This document shows positions 1 to 9,110 of a stretch of 26,363 nucleotides of DNA, in pieces (positions within the stretch are counted from its first letter, which is position 1; each line of letters starts with the position of its first letter). A program made the translations under genes and the position numbers. The notes under the pieces are model-generated. The model did not search any database. It worked only from the letters and a program-made list of their open reading frames with translations, and was not told the origin of the DNA. This stretch comes from Candidatus Rokuibacteriota bacterium (lineage in GTDB: Bacteria > Methylomirabilota > Methylomirabilia > Rokubacteriales > CSP1-6): positions 1 to 26,363 of the forward strand of contig JACPCX010000187.1 of NCBI GenBank assembly GCA_016184305.1, given 5' to 3'.

Positions 1-165
1 GATCCCGAGTTCTACGCCTTCTCGCGCACGCTCGAGGCCTACAAGGAGGGGCAGAACAAGAACTCCACGCTGATCCTGACCACGGAGAGCGACTACTACC
101 GGTACCTGAAGGACGCCGGGGTCCGACCCCTGCCCGGGGCGGCTCCGGCTCGGTCGAGCCGGTAG
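1..165 (+). CDS. hflC: HflC protease modulator (SPFH family), C-terminal end; partial at window edge
   Basis: Frame 1 reads DPEFYAFSRTLEAYKEG...STLILTTESDYYRYLK, matching the HflC C-terminal DPEFY.F.RSLEAY...LVL...S.FF.YL pattern; stop TAG at 163-165. Not in the ORF track. Confidence 0.85.
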   Translation, partial: DPEFYAFSRTLEAYKEGQNKNSTLILTTESDYYRYLKDAGVRPLPGAAPARSSR

Positions 166-299
166 CGCCGTGAGTCGGAAGCTCGCCGCGGATGGAGAGG
201 GTCTCGCGGGGCCTCGCGCGACTAAGGATAGGCCGGCCCAGGCGAGCCCCACAAGACGCTTGCGGGCCTGCGCCCCCGCCGGGGGATACTGTGGGTATC

Positions 300-726
300 G
301 TGGACTGGCGAAGCGAGGGGATCGGTGGGCAAGCACGGCCCCGCGGCCCAGATCGGCGCCGCGCTGGCCTCGGGGCTCGCATCGCTCCTGGCGCTGTGCC
401 CCGAGGACCGCAGGAAGGTGGGGGTGTGCGGGATCAGCGCCGGGTTCGCCGCACTGTTCGGGGCGCCGATCGCGGGATGCATCTTCGGGATCGATCGTGG
501 GACAGCCGCCGCGCTGGGCATCGTGTCGCTGGTGGCGGAGGCGGCGAACACGCCACTGGCCGCCTCGGTGATGGCCATCGAGCTGTTCGGGCCCGCGGTG
601 GGACCGCTGGCAGCCCTGGCGTGCATCGTGAGCCTCCTCATGGCCAGCCATCGGAGCGTCTTCGGGACCCAGCTTCTCGGTACACCAAGAGCGGGTCGCT
701 GCGCGGTCGAAGCCGCGCGGAGCTGA
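300..726 (+). pseudogene. CLC-family chloride channel/antiporter remnant with large internal deletion
   Basis: GSVGKHGPAAQIGA (CLC GKEGP motif) and CGISAGFAALFGAPIAG..FG are joined directly to the C-terminal AALG....AANTPLAAS.MAIELFG...HRSV segment. Only about 135 codons versus more than 400 for a CLC. The 5' boundary is uncertain. Confidence 0.75.
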
Positions 727-1022
727 GCCACGCCGCGGTCGTGCGGACGCCCCGACCGTGGCTCCGGCGTCTTCGGGCGCTCCGGGTAGGGTGGCACCGC
801 CGGCGCTCCCGGCGGCGCCCGGGCCGCTCCCGCCGAGCCGATCCGTGATGGCGCGTGCGCGCGCGTCATCGTGGCGGCGCGGCGCCAACCTGTCGCGGCC
901 TCGGGCGCGCCTCGATCCCGGCCGCGGCGCATCTGGCTTCCAAGTCCGCGCCGGGCAGGACGGACGCCGGGATCGCCCGCCGCCGACCATTGGCATCGTC
1001 CTTGCGAATCTCCCAGCGCGGG

Positions 1023-2312
1023 ATGAGTCACACGACGCCGATCATCTACAACCTCTTCCCGACCCTCGCGGGGCCGCTTCGGCTGTGGCAGGCCCATGCG
1101 GAGCGGGCCCACGAGATGGGCTTCAACTGGCTCTACGTCAACCCGGTGCATGCCCCGGGATTCTCGGGCAGCCTCTACGCGATCAAGGACTACGAGCGGC
1201 TCCATCCGGCGCTGACCCCGGGGGAGGCCGGCGCCAGCCTGGACCGCCTTGCTCCCGTGTTCCGGGCCATCCGCGATCTCGGCATGGGCGTGATGGTGGA
1301 TCTGGTGGTGAACCACACCGCCAAGGACAGCCCGCTCGTCGCCGAGCACCCGGCATGGTTCCGGTGGGACGCGAAGGGGCAGGTCGTGAGCCCCTCGGCC
1401 ATCGACCCGGCCGACACCGGAAAAGTCACGGTCTGGGGCGATCTGGCGGAGGTGGACAACGAGGACTCCCGCGACCGCGACCCGCTGTGGCGGCACTGGG
1501 AGGGCATCGTCCTGCGCCTCCTCGAGGTGGGCTGTACGGGCTTCCGCTGTGACGCGGCCTACAAGGTCCCCGTGCCGCTCTGGCGGCGCCTCATCAACAC
1601 GGCGCGGACGCGGCGCCCCGAGGTCGTGTTCGTGGCCGAGACCCTCGGCTGCCGCCTCGAGGAGATCGAGGCCCTGGGGGAGGCCGGGTTCGGGTATCTC
1701 TACAACAGCTCCAAGTGGTGGGACTTCGTGGAGCCGTGGTGCCTGGAGCAGCACGAGCAGTTCCGCGGCCTGGCGCCGTCCATCGCGTTTCCGGAGTCGC
1801 ATGACACCGCGCGCCTAGCGGCCGAGACCGGGGGAAGCGAGACCGTGCAGCGCCAGCGCTACGCCTTCGCGATCGCCTTCTCGGCGGGCGTGCAGATCAC
1901 CATGGGGTACGAGTTCGGGTTCCGGCGTCAGCTCCACGTGGTGGAGACCAGGCCGGAGGGCTGGGAAGCGCCGCTCTTCGATCTTCGCGCGTTCATCAGG
2001 GGCGTCAACGACCTCAAGCGGCGCCATCCTCTCCTGGCCGGCGAGGGCGTGCTGCGGCTCCACTCGACCCGGGCGCCTGACGTGACCGTGATCGAGCGCT
2101 GGTCCGACGAGCGCGGCACTCACCGCGGGCTCATTGTCGTCAACCGCAACGGCAGCGCCCCCCGCGAGGTGACGCTGGCGGGCGCGGCCCAGCCGCAGGG
2201 GGCCCGGCTGTTCCGGCCTTGCGTGGACGGCGCCACGCCGACCATCCTGCCGGGGGCCGGCCGCGTGCGGCTGGCGCCCGCCGAGGTGGCGCTCATCATG
2301 GAGGCGCTGTGA
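1023..2312 (+). CDS. GH13 alpha-amylase-family glycoside hydrolase/transferase
   Basis: MVDLVVNH (region I), GFRCDAA (nucleophile Asp), FVAET (acid/base Glu) and ESHD (region IV) are all intact. Start set at ATG 1023 (MSHTTPIIYNLFP). Confidence 0.9.
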   Translation: MSHTTPIIYNLFPTLAGPLRLWQAHAERAHEMGFNWLYVNPVHAPGFSGSLYAIKDYERLHPALTPGEAGASLDRLAPVFRAIRDLGMGVMVDLVVNHTAKDSPLVAEHPAWFRWDAKGQVVSPSAIDPADTGKVTVWGDLAEVDNEDSRDRDPLWRHWEGIVLRLLEVGCTGFRCDAAYKVPVPLWRRLINTARTRRPEVVFVAETLGCRLEEIEALGEAGFGYLYNSSKWWDFVEPWCLEQHEQFRGLAPSIAFPESHDTARLAAETGGSETVQRQRYAFAIAFSAGVQITMGYEFGFRRQLHVVETRPEGWEAPLFDLRAFIRGVNDLKRRHPLLAGEGVLRLHSTRAPDVTVIERWSDERGTHRGLIVVNRNGSAPREVTLAGAAQPQGARLFRPCVDGATPTILPGAGRVRLAPAEVALIMEAL

Positions 2313-2491
2313 CGGCCAGCGCCCCGTTGGGCCTCGCCGCGCGCGTCTTCGCCCCTGGCGCGCCGGCCTTCGGCGTGCTGCCCCGGCACCCGAGCCTCGC
2401 CCGGCTCGTGGCCGCGGTGCTGCAGCTCCTCGGCGTGCTCCTCCTCAAGCCCGAGCAGCGATGAGGGTGTCCGTGGCGCGCGCACGACGAC

Positions 2492-3242
2492 GTGAGGGGC
2501 GAGGGCTGGGGGATCGCGGACGGGTACGAGGACGCCCTGGGAGCCTGGCGCCCGACGAGACCCGGGCCGCGCTCGTCGCCGCGATGCGGGCGGGCGGGAG
2601 CGAGCGGGAGGCGGCCGGCTGGGTCCGGGTGCTTCGCCGGGGCCAGCGCCTGGCCGTGGACGGGCCGGCCGAGGTGAGGCTCGAGGACGGGACGGTCCTG
2701 GCGGTGAAGCACAACCTGCCCGCGGACCTCCCCCTCGGCTATCACGAGCTAAGTTGGCCGGACGGCTCGCATCCTGAAACCCTCATCGTGACCCCCGGCC
2801 GCTGCCATCTGCCCGCCGGGCTCAAGGCCTAGGGCCTGGCGGTGCAGCTCCACGCGCTTCGCTCCGCGGGGAGCTGGGGCATCGGCGATCTCGGCGACTT
2901 GCGGGCGCTCGGCGAATGGGCGAGCGCCGATCTCGGGGCACGCGTGAGCGTGATCAATCCGCTCCACGCCGCCACCCCCGTGCTGCCACAGGAGCCGAGC
3001 CCCTACCGGCCGTCGAGCCGGCGCTACCTGAGTCCCCTGTACGTGCGGATCGAGGAGGCGCCAGGCCCCTCGAAGACATGCTCGGAGTCGAGGAGCGCCC
3101 GAACATGCCAGCCACCACCGGAGCGCAATGGCCGAGCTGGTGCCTGGCTCTCCCGGCACCCCTGGAGGACATACAGCGCGCGGCGGCCGCGCGGGAAGTG
3201 GCCCAGGTGCTCCGAGCGCGGCAGGGAGCGCGCGCGCCATAA
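2492..3242 (+). pseudogene. malQ: 4-alpha-glucanotransferase (GH77 amylomaltase) pseudogene
   Basis: N-terminal WGIADGYEDALGAWR; frameshift near 2550; LPLGYHEL...LIVTPGRC; TAG at 2830-2832 where Trp of WG.AVQL is expected; QLHALRS..SWGIGDLGDL and NPLHA...EPSPY.PSSR; then a jump in another frame to the C-terminal LEDMLGVEERPNMP...WPSW.LALP.PLE. The catalytic core is missing. Confidence 0.88.
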
Positions 3243-3290
3243 TGCGCCTGGCGCGCGCCGGGGCGCAGCGCCCGGCGGGAGGCGACCAAG

Positions 3291-3599
3291 ATGAAGGACT
3301 CCGGAGGGCTCAAGACCCTGGTGGTGGCGGTGCTGGCGTCGGCGCTGACCGTGTTCGCCTTGCAGAACCACACGGCGGTAAGGATCCGGGTTCTCGTCTG
3401 GCACTTCGAGGGGATGTCGCTGGCGGCCGTGATCCTGCTCTCCGCGGCGGCCGGGATCGTGCTCGTCGGCGTGCCCCTGTGGATCGATCGCTGGCGGCTC
3501 CGGGCGCGGCTGCGGGTGCTCGAGGCGAAGGTAGTCGCGGCGGCCGACACCGCGCGCGCCGACCACGGTGGGATCGGCGATGTCGGCGCCCCGCGCTGA
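3291..3599 (+). CDS. LapA/DUF1049-family small inner-membrane protein
   Basis: Two hydrophobic segments flank FALQN...V.I....W....SLA.VILLS, followed by a basic amphipathic tail. GGAGG RBS upstream. Confidence 0.8.
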   Translation: MKDSGGLKTLVVAVLASALTVFALQNHTAVRIRVLVWHFEGMSLAAVILLSAAAGIVLVGVPLWIDRWRLRARLRVLEAKVVAAADTARADHGGIGDVGAPR

Positions 3600-3671
3600 C
3601 GCGGAGGTCCCGCAGTGCGGCCCGTGGGTGGGTGCCGCCGCGCGCGTCTAGAGGCGGCGCCCGCCCGCCGC

Positions 3672-5624
3672 CTACTCTTCCTCCCCGTACTTGTCCTTGA
3701 GGGTGGCCACCACCGCGGGGTCGGCGAGGGTCGTGGTGTCGCCCAGCGCGCGGCCCTCGGCGATGTCGCGGAGGAGCCGGCGCATGATCTTGCCGCTCCT
3801 GGTCTTCGGCAGGTCAGCGGCGAAGATCAGGTCGTCCGGGCGGGCCAGGGCGCCGATCTTCTTGGCGACGTGGCCCTTGAGCTCTTCCATCAGCTCCTTC
3901 GACCCCTGGGCCCCGTCGCGGATCGTCACGAAGGCCGCGATGGCCTGGCCCTTGATGTCGTGCGGGCGGCCGATGACGGCGGCCTCGGCCACGAGCGGGT
4001 GATCCACCAGCGCCGACTCCACCTCCATCGTGGACACGCGGTGGCCGGAGACGTTCATGACATCGTCCACCCGCCCCAGGAGCCAGAAATAGCCGTCCTC
4101 GTCCCGCTTGGCGCCATCGCCGGTGAAGTACGTGCGGGGGAAGCGGCTCCAGTACTGGGCCTTGTAGCGCTCCGGGTCTCCGTAGATGCCGCGGAGCATG
4201 GCTGGCCAGGGCTTTTTCAGGACCAGGTAGCCCGCCTTGGCGGGCTCGCCCTTGTCGTTGACCACGTCGGCGTCGATGCCGGGGAAGGGCCGGGTGGCCG
4301 AGCCCGGCTTGAGCGTGGTGAGGCCGGGCAAGGGGGTGATCAGGATCATGCCGGTCTCGGTCTGCCACCAGGTGTCCACCACGGGGCAGCGGCCCTGGCC
4401 GATGATCTTCCAGTACCAGACCCAGGCCTCCGGGTTGATGGGCTCGCCCACCGTCCCCAGGAGCCTCAGGCTCGAGAGGTTGCAGCGGTTCGGGTACTCC
4501 TCGCCCCAGCGCATGAAGGTCCGGATGGCGGTGGGCGCCGTGTAGCAGATGGTGATGCCGTGCTTCTCGATGATGCGCCAGAAGCGGTCCTTGTCCGGGT
4601 AGTCCGGCGTCCCCTCGTACATCATGCTCGTGGCGCCATTGGCGAGCGGCCCGTAGATCACGTAGGAGTGGCCGGTGACCCAGCCCACGTCGGCGGTGCA
4701 CCAGTAGACATCGGTATCCATCAGGTCGAACACCCACTTGGTCGTGGCATAGATCCCCGTGAGGTAGCCGCCTGTCGTGTGGACGATGCCCTTGGGCTTG
4801 CCCGTCGAGCCCGAGGTGTAGAGGAGGTAGAGCATGTCCTCCGAGTCCATCTTCTCGGCCGGACAGAGGGCCGGCGCGTCCTTGATGAAGTCGTCCCACC
4901 AGATGTCACGCCCGGGCTTCATGTGGATCTCCTGGCGCGTGCGCCGGAGCACGACGACCGTCGTGACGTCGGGGCACTCGTTGAGCGCCTCGTCCGCGGT
5001 CTTCTTGAGCGGCACGACCCCCCCCCGCCGGTAGCCGCCATCGGCCGTGATGAGGATGCGCGAGTCGGCGTCGTGGATCCGGTCGCGGATGGCATCGGGA
5101 GCGAATCCGCCGAAGATGACGCTGTGGGGCGCGCCGATCCGGGAGCAGGCCAGCATCGCCACCGCCAGCTCGGGCACCATGGGCATGTAGAGGGTGACCC
5201 GGTCCCCCTTCTTCACGCCGTGCTTCCTGAGCGCGGCGGCGAAGCGGTTCACGTCCCTGTAGAGGTCCCAGTAGGTGAGGGTCCGGGTGTCCCCCGGCTC
5301 CCCTTCCCAGATGAGGGCCGCCTTGGTCCGACGCGCCGTATCGATGTGGCGGTCCAGGCAGTTGTAGGAGACGTTGAGCTTGCCGCCGACAAACCACTTG
5401 GCGTCCGGCAGCTTCCACTCGAGCCCCTTCCTCCACGGCTTGAACCAGTGGAGCTCCTTCGCCCAGCGCTCCCAGAACTTCACGGGGTCCCTGGCGGCCT
5501 CGGCGTAGATGGATGCCCGCTTGGCGTTGGCGCGCTTGGCGAACTCCTTGGGCGGAACGAACTTCCGCCGCTCCTTGAGAAGGGCCTCGATCGGGGCCGT
5601 CCCGCCTGCCGTCTTGGTGGTCAT
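3672..5624 (-). CDS. acs: Acetyl-CoA synthetase (AMP-forming)
   Basis: [14 protein letters not shown]-binding motif, [15 protein letters not shown] and [11 protein letters not shown] (acetylatable Lys); 650 aa. Confidence 0.97.
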   Translation of the reverse strand: MTTKTAGGTAPIEALLKERRKFVPPKEFAKRANAKRASIYAEAARDPVKFWERWAKELHWFKPWRKGLEWKLPDAKWFVGGKLNVSYNCLDRHIDTARRTKAALIWEGEPGDTRTLTYWDLYRDVNRFAAALRKHGVKKGDRVTLYMPMVPELAVAMLACSRIGAPHSVIFGGFAPDAIRDRIHDADSRILITADGGYRRGGVVPLKKTADEALNECPDVTTVVVLRRTRQEIHMKPGRDIWWDDFIKDAPALCPAEKMDSEDMLYLLYTSGSTGKPKGIVHTTGGYLTGIYATTKWVFDLMDTDVYWCTADVGWVTGHSYVIYGPLANGATSMMYEGTPDYPDKDRFWRIIEKHGITICYTAPTAIRTFMRWGEEYPNRCNLSSLRLLGTVGEPINPEAWVWYWKIIGQGRCPVVDTWWQTETGMILITPLPGLTTLKPGSATRPFPGIDADVVNDKGEPAKAGYLVLKKPWPAMLRGIYGDPERYKAQYWSRFPRTYFTGDGAKRDEDGYFWLLGRVDDVMNVSGHRVSTMEVESALVDHPLVAEAAVIGRPHDIKGQAIAAFVTIRDGAQGSKELMEELKGHVAKKIGALARPDDLIFAADLPKTRSGKIMRRLLRDIAEGRALGDTTTLADPAVVATLKDKYGEEE

Positions 5625-5763
5625 GAGTCACCCTCGCTCTGGTGTGCGATACGAATCGGCGCGCTCAGCGCACCGGCTCCCTGTGTCTAAACCATCTTCG
5701 GGCGGACTTCAAGGGGCCCCTGGCCCGCGTCGACGCTGAGCCTTCTATGACGGGTGGGCGTTC

Positions 5764-6054
5764 TCACTCCGGGGGCGGGAGCCGGTGGCGGGAGGCCAGC
5801 CCCTCGAAGGACGCCTCGATCTCGCCCGCGATCTCGGCGGCGACGGCATCGGGGCTGCCGGCTCGCTCGGCCTCCTCCCCTCGACTCCACCCCTCCAGGT
5901 AGGCGTCTGACGCCGAGGCGCCCGTGCGCATGGCCACGGCGTCGATGAGATCCTGGAAGCGCGGCGACAGCGGCCGACGCACCGTCCGGTCCCCGTCGGA
6001 GGCCTCGACGACCGACGGAATGCCCTGCCAGCGAACGATGCGGTAGCGCGCCAT
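5764..6054 (-). CDS. Small 'Virulence_fact' (PF13769-like) domain protein
   Basis: 96 aa from ATG 6054: W.GIPS.V...DG......LS.RFQ..ID..AM..G...SDAYLE.W, the recognisable pattern of this family (from recall, not a search). Confidence 0.75.
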   Translation of the reverse strand: MARYRIVRWQGIPSVVEASDGDRTVRRPLSPRFQDLIDAVAMRTGASASDAYLEGWSRGEEAERAGSPDAVAAEIAGEIEASFEGLASRHRLPPPE

Positions 6055-6099
6055 GGTCCGTATCCCGGCGCCCATTCTACCCAAACACGCCTCCTTCGC

Positions 6100-6128
6100 T
6101 TGACAAAGGTTCACCCCCCGCTTAGCCT
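6100..6128 (+). promoter_or_regulatory. Sigma70-type promoter of the DUF169-methyltransferase gene (leaderless)
   Basis: TTGACA (6100-6105) - 17 nt - TAGCCT (6123-6128) - 6 nt - ATG 6135; no Shine-Dalgarno sequence. Confidence 0.75.
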
Positions 6129-6134
6129 CCACCC

Positions 6135-7979
6135 ATGATCGATACCAAGACGGCGGAGCGGGAGCTCACGACCTATCTCCGGCCGCAGACCTTCCCCGTG
6201 GCCATCCGCATGCTCAAGCCCGGCGAGCCCATCCCCGAGCGCGCCAAGCGGCCCGCGCGCGACTTCAAGAAGCTCAGCATGGCGTGCCAGGTGATCGACA
6301 TGGCGCGCCGCTACGGCTGGATGATCGCGCTCACCCGCGAGGACCATATCTGCTCCCTCGGCATCACCGCCATCGGTTTCGACAGGCCCCTGCCGATCTA
6401 CAACGTGGGCACGCTCTGTGAGGGCATGTACACGGAGACGAAGGAGGCGGGACAGCGCTCGGAGGCAGCCATCGACAAGTTCGCCCCCGGCGAGTACGCG
6501 ACCCTCCTCGTCGCGCCGCTCGACCGCGCGGCATTCGAGCCCCACCTCGTGTGCGTCTATGGCAACCCGGCCCAGGTGATGCGCCTCACCCAGGCGGCGC
6601 TCTGGAAGCGGGGCGGGCGCCTGGCGTCATCCTTCGAGGGGCGCGCCGTGTGCGCCGACATCATCGTCACCACCATGCAAACCGGCGAGCCGCAGGTCAT
6701 CCTCCCCTGCTCCGGCGACCGCATCTTCGGCCAGACCCAGGACCACGAGATGGCGTTCACCATCCCGTGGCCGCGCATGGAGGAGATCATCGAGGGGCTC
6801 CGCGGGACCCACGCCGGTGGCATCCGCTACCCCATCACCCAGTTCATGGAGTACGAGGCGAAGATGCCGCCGCGCTACATGGAGGTGAACCGCCTCTGGG
6901 ACGCGGAGAAGGGCAAGGCCCCGCTCACCAACCGCGACCGCGTGGTGGCGGCCTACAAGCGCTCCTTCGCCGACCGGGTGCCGGTATACCCCATCGTCGC
7001 CTCCTTCGCCGGCACCCTGGACGGGCTCTCCATCGAGGAGTACTGCACGAACCCCGCCCGGGCCATCAAGGCGATGATGAACTACTACGAGCGCTACCAG
7101 CCGGACGTGGTGCTCGCCTACAACGACCTGGCGAAGGAGGCCGAGGCCTTCGGCTGCACGGTGAAGTACTCCGACTACGTGGTGCCCTCCATCGAGACGC
7201 ATATCCTCGAGGACAAGGCCGACCTGGCCCGGCTCACGATGCCGGACCCGTACCGGACAGCCAGGCTGCCCGGCTTCCTCGATCAGTGCGCGGCGCTCGT
7301 CAAGGCCGCCCCGCCGGCGGCCATGGGCGCGGTGGCGGTGGGCCCATGGACGATCGCCATGTTGCTCCGCAATCCCGAGACGATGCTGCTCGACACCTTC
7401 GAGGATCCCGCATTCATCCACGCGCTCATGCGGATCACCACGGACTTCTGCAAGGCCTGGGGCGAGGCCATCGTCACGACGAAGATCGGCCTGTCCTTCT
7501 CCGAGCCGACCGCGTCCAACAGCCTCATCTCGCCGGACAACTACCGCGAGTTCATCGCGCCCTATCACAAGGAGCTGGTGGACCACTTCAAGGCGAGGAA
7601 GGTGGGTCTCACGACCCACATCTGCGGGACCACCTACCCCATCTTCGAGGACCTGATCGCCTGCGGCTTCACCACGGTCTCCTTCGATCTGGACCAGCAG
7701 TCCGATCCGGCGCTCCACGTGGACCAGCTGAGCCGGTTCATGGAGGTCGCGCACGGGCGCGCCGTGGCCATCGGCAACGTGGACGCCACCCGGTTCGAGA
7801 CGGCCACCCGGGAGGAGATGGAGGCCGAGGTGCGGCGCTGCATCGACGCCGCGGCCAGGCAGTCCGGGTTCATCCTCTCCACGTCGTGCGAGATCCCGCC
7901 CCGCTCCGACCCGGAGATCGTGCGCTGGTTCATGGACACGGCCCACGACTACGGCCGCTACGACCGCCTCCTCGGGTAG
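6135..7979 (+). CDS. Fusion protein: N-terminal DUF169 (COG2043) domain plus C-terminal uroporphyrinogen-decarboxylase/MtaA-CmuA-family corrinoid methyltransferase domain
   Basis: Residues about 1-260: PVAI, ACQ...MARRYG, C.LG, GNPAQ.MRL, C.D, PCSGDR.FG...DHE (DUF169 pattern). Residues about 265-614: DRVPVYP, EAEAFG, GPWTIA, SEPTAS...ISP..Y.EF..PY, HICG (Zn-binding HxC), GNVD, FILSTSCEIP (third Zn ligand Cys). Confidence 0.85.
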   Translation: MIDTKTAERELTTYLRPQTFPVAIRMLKPGEPIPERAKRPARDFKKLSMACQVIDMARRYGWMIALTREDHICSLGITAIGFDRPLPIYNVGTLCEGMYTETKEAGQRSEAAIDKFAPGEYATLLVAPLDRAAFEPHLVCVYGNPAQVMRLTQAALWKRGGRLASSFEGRAVCADIIVTTMQTGEPQVILPCSGDRIFGQTQDHEMAFTIPWPRMEEIIEGLRGTHAGGIRYPITQFMEYEAKMPPRYMEVNRLWDAEKGKAPLTNRDRVVAAYKRSFADRVPVYPIVASFAGTLDGLSIEEYCTNPARAIKAMMNYYERYQPDVVLAYNDLAKEAEAFGCTVKYSDYVVPSIETHILEDKADLARLTMPDPYRTARLPGFLDQCAALVKAAPPAAMGAVAVGPWTIAMLLRNPETMLLDTFEDPAFIHALMRITTDFCKAWGEAIVTTKIGLSFSEPTASNSLISPDNYREFIAPYHKELVDHFKARKVGLTTHICGTTYPIFEDLIACGFTTVSFDLDQQSDPALHVDQLSRFMEVAHGRAVAIGNVDATRFETATREEMEAEVRRCIDAAARQSGFILSTSCEIPPRSDPEIVRWFMDTAHDYGRYDRLLG

Positions 7980-8022
7980 CCGATCACAGCGCGAGCGCTC
8001 AGGCTGTATCGTTTCTCGCACT

Positions 8023-8075
8023 CCCGATCTCCCCGGGCTGGCGATCCCAGTGGCGCCCCTCCGGGAAGAGCCGCG
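8023..8075 (+). repeat. Degenerate direct-repeat copy of the Uma2 gene 3' end (partner copy at 9063-9115)
   Basis: Manual ungapped alignment of 8023-8075 against 9063-9115 gives 46/53 identical positions. Confidence 0.85.
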
Positions 8076-8087
8076 ATGGCGCGATAC

Positions 8088-8122
8088 GCCGTATTGCGTT
8101 ACGGCACCCATGCTGGTAGGCT
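8088..8122 (+). promoter_or_regulatory. vapBC promoter with palindromic operator around the -35 element (leaderless)
   Basis: GCCGTA-ttgcgt-TACGGC inverted repeat at 8088-8105 encloses TTGCGT; 17-nt spacer; TG-g-TAGGCT extended -10 (8114-8122); ATG follows after 6 nt. Confidence 0.65.
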
Positions 8123-8128
8123 CCGGCC

Positions 8129-8332
8129 ATGGCCATCCAGAAGGTGACTGTGCACATCGATCGGGATCTGCTCCGCCGCGCCCGGGAGCGAACCGGCAAA
8201 GGGGTGAGCGTCACGATCCGCCAAGGCCTCGAGATCGTCGCCGCCAGCGAGGCCTACGATCGCCTGCGAGCCCTTCGCGGCAAGGTCAAGCTCTCCCTCG
8301 ATCTCGCCCGCCTCCGGGACGACCGCCGCTGA
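8129..8332 (+). CDS. vapB: Type II antitoxin, ribbon-helix-helix (VapB-like)
   Basis: 67 aa; KVTVHIDRDLL..A beta-strand/helix pattern typical of RHH antitoxins; directly upstream of and overlapping a PIN-domain gene. Confidence 0.8.
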   Translation: MAIQKVTVHIDRDLLRRARERTGKGVSVTIRQGLEIVAASEAYDRLRALRGKVKLSLDLARLRDDRR

Positions 8333-8721
8333 TCGCGCTCGATAGCAGCGCGCTTGTCTCGTACCTGGCGGGCGACGCCGGTGCGGACGTGGAGGCCACG
8401 GCGCTCGTTCTCGACCACAGGCAAGCCGTGCTTCCGCCGGTGGTGCTCTCGGAGCTGCTCAGCGACCCTGGACTGCCCGCTGCCGTCAGAGAGTCGCTAC
8501 TTCTCCTCCCGCGGCTGGAGGTGCTGGACGGCTACTGGGAGCGTGCCGGGCTCCTGCGGGCCCGCGTCCTCGCTCGGGGGCAGCGGGCGAGACTGGCCGA
8601 TACCTTGATCGCCCAGTCCTGCATCGACCACGACGTTGAGCTCGTGACCCGCGACGCGGACTTCCGGCACTTCGCGCGCGCCGGCGGGCTGCGCCTGTTC
8701 GGGGCACGGAGGATTCGATGA
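8329..8721 (+). CDS. vapC: PIN-domain ribonuclease toxin (VapC-like)
   Basis: IALDSS, LSELL, LADTLIA and LVTRDADF supply all four acidic PIN residues. The only coupled start is CTG 8329, overlapping the antitoxin TGA. Confidence 0.88.
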   Translation: MIALDSSALVSYLAGDAGADVEATALVLDHRQAVLPPVVLSELLSDPGLPAAVRESLLLLPRLEVLDGYWERAGLLRARVLARGQRARLADTLIAQSCIDHDVELVTRDADFRHFARAGGLRLFGARRIR

Positions 8722-8876
8722 ATCCCGCGGTCATCGGAGTCGGCATCGAGGGAACGGGCATCGCCGAAGTGCGCAGCGGCTGCGCTCCCGGGGGTCCTGC
8801 AGCGGCGTTAGCGCGAGCGCCTCGATGCCGCCGTCGAACCCACCGTCAAGATCCGGCCGCGGGCTGAGCCGCGAAG

Positions 8877-9110
8877 GTCGAGGTCCTCTCCCCCACCACC
8901 GCCGCCTACGACCGCACCACCAAGGCCCGCCGCTACGCCGCCCTCGGCGTCCCACACCTGTGGCTCGTGGACCTCGAGGCCGGCCGCGTCGAGTGCCACC
9001 GCCGGGAGGGCGCCAACTATCGGCTGCTGCTCGCCGCCGGCCCCGCCGACACGCTTACCCACCCCGACTTCTCCGGGCTGGCGATCCCGGTGGCGCCCCT
9101 CTGGGAATAG
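8877..9110 (+). pseudogene. Uma2/DUF820 endonuclease-fold gene, 5'-truncated remnant
   Basis: Reads VEVLSPTTAAYDRTTKARRYAALGVPHLWLVD...LTHPDFSGLAIPVAPLWE*, the Uma2 C-terminal half. An in-frame TGA lies at 8865-8867 and the upstream PD motif is absent. Not in the ORF track. Confidence 0.85.

Noticed and set aside
727..1022. GC-rich imperfect hairpins between the CLC remnant and the GH13 gene
   Set aside because: Such stems are expected by chance at this GC content, and no known RNA motif or repeat was recognised.
5764..6054. Interpreting the gene as evidence of pathogenicity
   Set aside because: The family name is historical; nothing else in the window points to virulence.
6927..7979. Calling the C-terminal domain hemE
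   Set aside because: It lacks the HemE RQAGR motif and instead carries the HxC...C Zn ligands of MtaA-type methyltransferases.
8718..9110. Selenocysteine or readthrough fusion across TGA 8865 joining the short ORF to Uma2
   Set aside because: The upstream 49 codons do not resemble a Uma2 N-terminus and the TGA is not at a conserved Cys position; decay explains it more simply.
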